64,000 nt of DNA from Fistulifera solaris (taxonomy: Eukaryota): contig AP026123.1 in NCBI GenBank assembly GCA_030295235.1, positions 1,302,001 through 1,366,000 of the forward strand. Reading direction: 5' to 3'. This document shows positions 61,224-64,000 of the stretch, piece after piece (positions within the stretch are counted from its first letter, which is position 1; every line of letters begins with the position of its first letter). The translations under genes were made by a program, and so were the position numbers. The notes beneath the pieces were generated by a model. That model was not told the DNA's origin, made no database searches, and saw only the letters and a list, made by a program, of their open reading frames with translations.

Positions 61224-62597
61224 ATGATTTCCATTTCATCATCATTCGTGTTCGCGTTGATCGCCGTTACGGCCACAGCCAAGCAGAGTCCCACGACGGA
61301 TGGCTTGATGCCCGTCCCGGCTCCAAAGTTTGTTTTACCGACTCCAATGCCATCAAATTCTTCGCTTACAACGCCAACACAAGCTCCAACATCTGAATTG
61401 TTGAGAACAGCTGCGCCGTTCCCATTGCTCAAGGTCAATGCAACATCTGCGCCAACCGACCTTTCCAGCGCCCCGCCCCGTTCTGCTTCCAGTTTGTCCC
61501 CAACAATCGATCCCGCGTCCGAGTTTCCTTCTTTGGTCCCTTCTTGGTCATCGGCACCCTCCATGGAATCATCGATTGCTCCGGTCGTCGCTCCAACCAA
61601 GCGACCGACCAACGGCATTATTATCAGCTCCGTCAAGGTCAGCGGATTGCAGCTGAAACTCACCAATGCCGGGGTACTACTCGAGACAGATCAGTGGGAA
61701 CTGGAAACCGAGCAAATGTACAATGATTTTCTCGAAGACATGATATGCTCGGTGTTCTTGGTTGAATCACAGGTCAGCGAAAAAGACAACCGCCAAGTCA
61801 ACACCCTCACGTACGACCTTGTTCTACAGTCGCATTTCATAATGATCACCAATTCGATGCAATACGCCGTGATGCCGTTTGAAGACCATGCCGCCAACAT
61901 TGAGTACGGGAAAAAGCTCCGAGCGCTCACCAATTTTAAACGATTATCCCTTCCCATTCCTGTCCCGGAAACCTCGCAGATGGGAGATGACGACGACAAA
62001 GACAAGTTGTTTCTCATTGGAAAGCTCAACACGCACGCGATCTTGGGAATTGTTGTCGCGGGACTTTTCGCTATCATTTACGCCGCTTATCGTTGCAATC
62101 GCTGGAGTCAGAGCCGTCAACAGTCCAAGCCATCGACCGAACCCAAGTGCACGTTCCGAATTTCATCCGATGACGACGTGTCCACCATCGGGCCGATCGA
62201 CGAAACTGTGGATAGCGAGAAAGGGGAAGACGGAAAGAACGCGGAAGTTTCACAATCGGCCACGACGATGCGCGTCGGCAATTCTCTCAAACTGAACGCG
62301 AGCCGCAAACAAGAAAATGAGTTCGAAGGCGAATTGATCGATGTCATTCTCCCTGCGGGTAAACTGGGAATCGTCATTGACACTCCGGACAATGGCTTGC
62401 CGGTGATTCACGCCGTGAAAAGAACTTCCGCCGTCCGCGATCAGCTTCGTGTTGGAGACAAGCTGTTGGCCATTGACGACGAAGATATCCGCGACAAGAC
62501 GGCATACCATGTATCCAAAATCATCTCCAGTAAAATGTTCAATCCTCAGCGGAAATTCACGATTGTGCGACCCTATGAGATCATCCACATCACTTGA
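61224..62597 (+). CDS. Type I membrane protein: signal, P/S/T-rich stalk, single TM, cytosolic PDZ domain
   Basis: 457-aa ORF; TM segment ILGIVVAGLFAIIYAAY; PDZ PAGKLGIVIDT..PVIHAVK..S...LRVGDKLLAIDDED. Confidence 0.85.
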   Translation: MISISSSFVFALIAVTATAKQSPTTDGLMPVPAPKFVLPTPMPSNSSLTTPTQAPTSELLRTAAPFPLLKVNATSAPTDLSSAPPRSASSLSPTIDPASEFPSLVPSWSSAPSMESSIAPVVAPTKRPTNGIIISSVKVSGLQLKLTNAGVLLETDQWELETEQMYNDFLEDMICSVFLVESQVSEKDNRQVNTLTYDLVLQSHFIMITNSMQYAVMPFEDHAANIEYGKKLRALTNFKRLSLPIPVPETSQMGDDDDKDKLFLIGKLNTHAILGIVVAGLFAIIYAAYRCNRWSQSRQQSKPSTEPKCTFRISSDDDVSTIGPIDETVDSEKGEDGKNAEVSQSATTMRVGNSLKLNASRKQENEFEGELIDVILPAGKLGIVIDTPDNGLPVIHAVKRTSAVRDQLRVGDKLLAIDDEDIRDKTAYHVSKIISSKMFNPQRKFTIVRPYEIIHIT

Positions 62598-62814
62598 GAC
62601 TTCTAGAGAAATTGTGTGCAATACCGTGACAATAGATAATAGTAACAGACCAGTTGGCTTTGATCCGAAAATACGACTTTAATGCGTACAATGATGCTGA
62701 AAAGGTCAATCAAAATTGCAAGAATAACAAGCAATGCGCATAATCAGAAGACGAAAAATGTCTCTAGAGTTTCTTCGTGGCATCTTTTTCTTTTCATTCA
62801 GCTCCGTGCGGCTC

Positions 62815-63570
62815 ATGACTGAAATGTACATCAGTCGTGGTCTCCCTGAACCTACAATTTGAGTCGATAGTAAATACAGAAGACAACGTTTCGTGCAATG
62901 CAAAACGCTGCTAAAAACTATTGCATTGCCGCGACGACAAATGGAGCTCAAGTAGTTAGCTGAACAAACGACTGTGAGGCAGCATTGTCGCTCAAATGAA
63001 ATTGATTCATGACTGCACCATTCATTCTCAATTTTCTTACTGACCTGCAGTCGTTACGAAATACGGACAACACTTTGGTCTATAGTGAAATACGGCAGAA
63101 AACGTTTCGAAGGCTTTTCGACGTACAATATCAAGGCGTTTAATGCAAACGCTGCTCAAGACTATTGCATTTGCCACAACGACAAATGGAGCTCAAGATA
63201 GTTTGCTGAACAAACGAATGCGAGGCAGCACTGTCGCTCAAATGAAATTGATTCATGACTGAAATGCAGTCGTGGCGAAATACGGAAAAACTTTGGTCTA
63301 TAGTGAAATACGGCAGACTACCAAGGCTTTTCGACCAATTTTTTCGACGTACAAATATCAAAGCGTGTCATGCAAACGCTGCTTACGACTATTGTATTGC
63401 CACAACGACAATTGGAGCTCAAGATAGATAGTCTAGTTTGCTGAACAAACACATTGTTGGCAGCATTGTCGCTCAAATAAAGTTGATTTGCGGTCTTGGA
63501 TAAGTTGATTGTATACGACACTTTGGACAATAATACCAGTAGTAGATTCGGTTGACCTTTCATAAAGCAG
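62815..63570. repeat. Degenerate tandem array, ~225-245-bp unit, ~3.3 copies; same family as 4901-5420
   Basis: ggagctcaag at 62943, 63188 and 63414; repeated cactttggtctatagtgaaatacggcaga and ttcgacgtacaa blocks. Confidence 0.92.
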
Positions 63571-63805
63571 ACGGAGGTTTATAGTGCTTATATTGTAGCT
63601 CAAGTTTACTGAATTCGTTGATGAAGTCGAAATCTTAACTTATCCATAGAACTGGATGTAATTGTCCAACAAATGCTGACTTAAGCGTTTTCCTACGATT
63701 CGGATGCCCTATGAAATAGCCTAACATGGACAACATGACAAAAAGCTTACAATCATAACAGTCCCACAGAAACTAGACTTTTTCACAAGCGTAACAAACC
63801 AAAAA

Positions 63806-64000
63806 TTACTCGTAAGTTAATTCATCCACATTTTCAAAATCGAACAGCATTCCGTACTCCAAATCGAACTTCGACTCCACAGCCACTCCGATCCCAGTAC
63901 CAGAGCTTTGGTAATAATAACCCGCCTCATTGATAAAAAATCAGATAGACTTCTTCACCATGTGAGCCTTCGTAGTTCACAACTGATCCGTCCCCTGCGA
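63806..64000 (-). CDS. Possible 3' end of a gene entering from the right edge
   Basis: Reads AGDGSVVNYEGSHGEEVYLIF/INEAGYYYQSSGTGIGVAVESKFDLEYGMLFDFENVDELTYE* if one base is removed from the A-run near 63935-63940. Confidence 0.3.

Noticed and set aside
1..64000. tRNA, rRNA or snRNA genes
   Set aside because: None recognised by eye; a tRNAscan-SE/Infernal run would be needed to exclude them.

Overview
Gene-dense eukaryotic nuclear DNA, most likely a diatom or other ochrophyte alga. The evidence is short GT-AG introns (about 65-175 nt), several bipartite signal-plus-ASAFAP-like plastid presequences, and a Tic110 homologue. About 22 protein genes are recognisable, including CCT8, a DBP7-like helicase, Tic110, plastid enolase, plastid ABC-F, plastid EF-P, a 15-kb SPRY/UBA/HECT ubiquitin ligase, STT3, a DUF285 surface protein and a TPP1/Est3-like OB-fold protein. 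Many genes carry single-base indels in homopolymer runs in both directions, which I treat as consensus errors. Four features stand out. (1) A 1.9-kb foreign divergent gene pair (saccharopine-dehydrogenase-like and KIN17 5' halves, both decayed) is flanked by a ~650-bp direct duplication of the convergent enolase/ABC-F 3' ends, creating two chimeric pseudogenes. (2) A modular set of intergenic repeats: three ~225-bp-unit arrays sharing collinear motif blocks, a 389-bp higher-order array, a ~34-bp minisatellite at two loci, and an ~80-bp hairpin at two loci, one inserted into a repeat monomer. (3) An Arg-tipped, non-PGKG plastid EF-P sits head-to-head with a plastid ABC-F. (4) The HECT domain apparently lacks its E2-binding subdomain. 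All family assignments come from motif recognition by eye; no searches were run.
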